The notes under the pieces were generated by a model. It saw only the letters and a program-made list of their open reading frames with translations. It was not told the DNA's origin and did no database searches. The translations under genes were made by a program, and so were the position numbers. A stretch of DNA of 64,000 nucleotides from Minisyncoccota bacterium (GTDB lineage Bacteria > Patescibacteriota > Minisyncoccia > Phycocordibacterales > SBAW01), in assembly GCA_035546615.1 (NCBI GenBank), contig DASZWM010000007.1:1-64000 (forward strand). The letters are read 5' to 3'. How positions within the stretch are numbered: position 1 is the stretch's first letter; each line of letters opens with the position of its first letter. Positions 62,458 to 64,000 of this stretch are shown here, piece after piece.

Positions 62458-62543
62458 GGTGCCCAGGAGAGGACTTGAACCTCCATTCCCTTGCGGGAAC
62501 TACGACCTGAACGTAGCGCGTCTACCAATTTCGCCACCTGGGC
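62458..62543 (-). tRNA. tRNA-Leu(CAG), class II with long variable arm, CCA encoded
   Basis: Minus-strand cloverleaf folded by hand: acceptor GCCCAGG/CCTGGGC; D arm GCG-AAATTGGTAGA-CGC; anticodon stem CTACG/CGTAG with loop TTCAGGT; variable arm TCCC-GCAA-GGGA; T arm GGAGG-TTCAAGT-CCTCT; discriminator A + CCA. Confidence 0.85.
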
Positions 62544-63195
62544 ATGACCTGATTATACGCAAGGAATTCCTGATCTTGAGGTACTTCCTGCGCAAGTGAG
62601 GCAGTGGTGTAGTGTAATACATGCCCTGTGCGAGCACAATCGCTTCTTTCTTCGCGTACCTCAGTTGTACGTACGACTTGCCCGTATACCCTCCGACCGA
62701 ACCACGTATACGCAACAGTCGCGTTATCTTTGCGCGGAACCAATCGACGAAGATCGGGCTTGCCGAGGTAAATGATATGTAAAACCGATAACTGTTCTTA
62801 AAGACAGGATCGTAATAGGAATAACTGCATCCGTCCCCGTCGAAGTATCCTCGCGCAAAGTCCATAAAGTACACATCGGGCACCGCTACTGATTCAAGCG
62901 TTTTCGACTTTGCCGGCGTCAGGCCTATGCCCAGAAGGAACCGATACAAAAGCACATCGCCGAATTGGGTACAATACGCCATATCGCCGCTGCCCGAGTA
63001 CTTTTTCGCGGTCTTTGTCTTGATACCCAGGCATTTTTTAAAAAGAGAGATCTGTGCCTTGTCGGTCGAGGTCAGGCTGATATGCCGGCCGTCTTTTGAT
63101 AAGCAGCCGTCGGCGGTTAGCAAGCCTACCGCATATGCAAAATCTGAAGACCATCTGCGTTTTGCTTTGCCTACCGGCTTAGGACCCCTTTTCAT
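62500..63195 (-). CDS. LAGLIDADG-family homing endonuclease (two-motif, single-chain), lower-GC. Its 3' 44 nt overlap the 5' half of tRNA-Leu
   Basis: Motifs LLTADGCLS and YFDGDGCSY; C-terminal residues CPGGEIGRRATFRS are encoded by tRNA nucleotides. Confidence 0.75.
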   Translation of the reverse strand: MKRGPKPVGKAKRRWSSDFAYAVGLLTADGCLSKDGRHISLTSTDKAQISLFKKCLGIKTKTAKKYSGSGDMAYCTQFGDVLLYRFLLGIGLTPAKSKTLESVAVPDVYFMDFARGYFDGDGCSYSYYDPVFKNSYRFYISFTSASPIFVDWFRAKITRLLRIRGSVGGYTGKSYVQLRYAKKEAIVLAQGMYYTTPLPHLRRKYLKIRNSLRIIRSCPGGEIGRRATFRS

Positions 63196-63429
63196 GTATA
63201 CTCCCGCGAGTTCTTACTATACTGAAGCAATAATGTATACCATATCATTTTGCCAAAAATCGGGTATTTTTACAAAAAACATGGGGGAGCCGGCTGGGCT
63301 GCCGGACTCCCCCAATTCCGTCGCCCGGCCCCGGGCTACGGAAAAACTTTCTCGAATATCCACCTGAATGGCTTCGAGTAAAAACACTGTACAAGCAAAG
63401 CTTAGAAAATAAAAGATGTGGATAAAAAG

Positions 63430-63453
63430 GGGCCGGTCGTTTCCAACCGGCCC
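63430..63453 (-). terminator. Intrinsic terminator GGGCCGG-tcgtttccaa-CCGGCCC with minus-strand T-run (TTTTTATCCACATCTTTTATTTTC)
   Basis: Read from sequence 40 nt after the cold-shock gene stop. Confidence 0.5.
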
Positions 63454-63493
63454 TCATCCCAGTGATCCGCCCGCGTGGCGCCGGCGTGTTCCT

Positions 63494-64000
63494 TCACGCA
63501 CTGTCCAAGCGGACTTCCGCGGCCATAAGGCCCTTCGGACCGCTGCCGTAGCGCACAAGCACTGCCTGCCCGGTCTTGAGCTCGAGGAGCCCGAACCGGC
63601 GCAGCGTCTCCATGTGAACGAAGATGTCTCCGTCACCGCCGTCGCAGGTGAGAAAGCCGTAGCCGCGCACGCGGTTGAACCACTTCACCATTCCCCGCTT
63701 GGGGTCACCGACGTTCGAGATCTTGAAAGATCCCTGAATAACAGTAGAGCTGTCCATGCTGATAATGCGATGGGCGCTGAGACCCTTGTCGCGCTTCAGC
63801 ACTTCAACGACGACCCGCGCGCCTTCGTAGGCGGTCTCGAAGCCGCAGCGCCGAAGGCACTCCAGGTGCAGCATCACGTCCGACAGGCCGTTATCAGACA
63901 CGATAAAGCCGTAGCCCTTGCTTGGATTGAACCACTTTATGACGCCGGCGATCTCAACGATACCCTCGAGTGGCGCGGCATCCGGCTCCTCCCGAGAGAC
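63494..64000 (-). CDS. Two-domain cold-shock-domain protein, 5' partial (N-terminus beyond window end). The track start 63901 is internal
   Basis: Revcomp of 63902-64000 continues in frame: ...[25 protein letters not shown]. Second CSD is [27 protein letters not shown]. Confidence 0.8.
   Translation of the reverse strand, partial: VSREEPDAAPLEGIVEIAGVIKWFNPSKGYGFIVSDNGLSDVMLHLECLRRCGFETAYEGARVVVEVLKRDKGLSAHRIISMDSSTVIQGSFKISNVGDPKRGMVKWFNRVRGYGFLTCDGGDGDIFVHMETLRRFGLLELKTGQAVLVRYGSGPKGLMAAEVRLDSA

Overview
High-GC, gene-dense bacterial chromosomal window. Layout from start to end:

- **1-10629 (minus):** one uninterrupted giant reading frame, at least 3543 codons, with its stop beyond the window start. 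It is absent from the supplied six-frame ORF track. It encodes a huge repetitive surface protein. The N-terminus is an excisionase-type HTH_17-like domain, followed by a coiled segment, one transmembrane (TM) helix, and at least 3400 aa of extracellular repeats. The repeats include FSTTSA-type 16-aa tandem arrays, about 50-aa modules present in 3-4 copies, and a 7-blade LVIVD beta-propeller.
- **11139-11978 (minus):** a small paralogous HTH_17-like, acidic-linker, C-terminal-TM protein sits immediately upstream. The two genes are separated by a 500-bp AT-rich intergenic region with 3 direct repeats at 11-bp periodicity.
- **12-25 kb (housekeeping):** gatB, a secreted triple-LamG protein, obg, a DUF360 membrane protein, ccdA, a NUDIX hydrolase, secA, murB, and an O-antigen-ligase-like/TPR membrane protein.
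- **25.6-53 kb (cell-surface glycan locus, about 27 kb, compositionally heterogeneous):** two nucleotide-sugar dehydrogenases and two SDR epimerases. An ABC-transporter-dependent export pair wzm/wzt (Wzt with C-terminal glycan-binding domain) is split by a low-GC four-helix-bundle gene. Also present: an 842-aa tri-domain glycosyltransferase (GT), three GT11 fucosyltransferase-like genes, at least 8 GT4/GT2-type glycosyltransferases, and 6 SAM/FkbM methyltransferases.
- **53-58 kb (tight minus-strand operon):** TM-anchored protein, CapA, a TraG/VirD4-like P-loop ATPase with a long disordered tail, and a lamin-tail-domain protein.
- **58-64 kb:** rsmI, a YfiH/PgeF-like gene, murC, murD, tRNA-Leu(CAG) with a LAGLIDADG homing endonuclease ORF reading into its 5' half, and a two-domain cold-shock protein running off the window end.

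Many starts lack Shine-Dalgarno motifs and some look near-leaderless. Several clean intrinsic terminators and consensus sigma70-like promoters are visible. Most interesting, in order: the giant gene with the shared HTH-TM anchoring architecture, the ATPase/CapA/LTD operon, the HE-tRNA overlap, and three structured noncoding regions.
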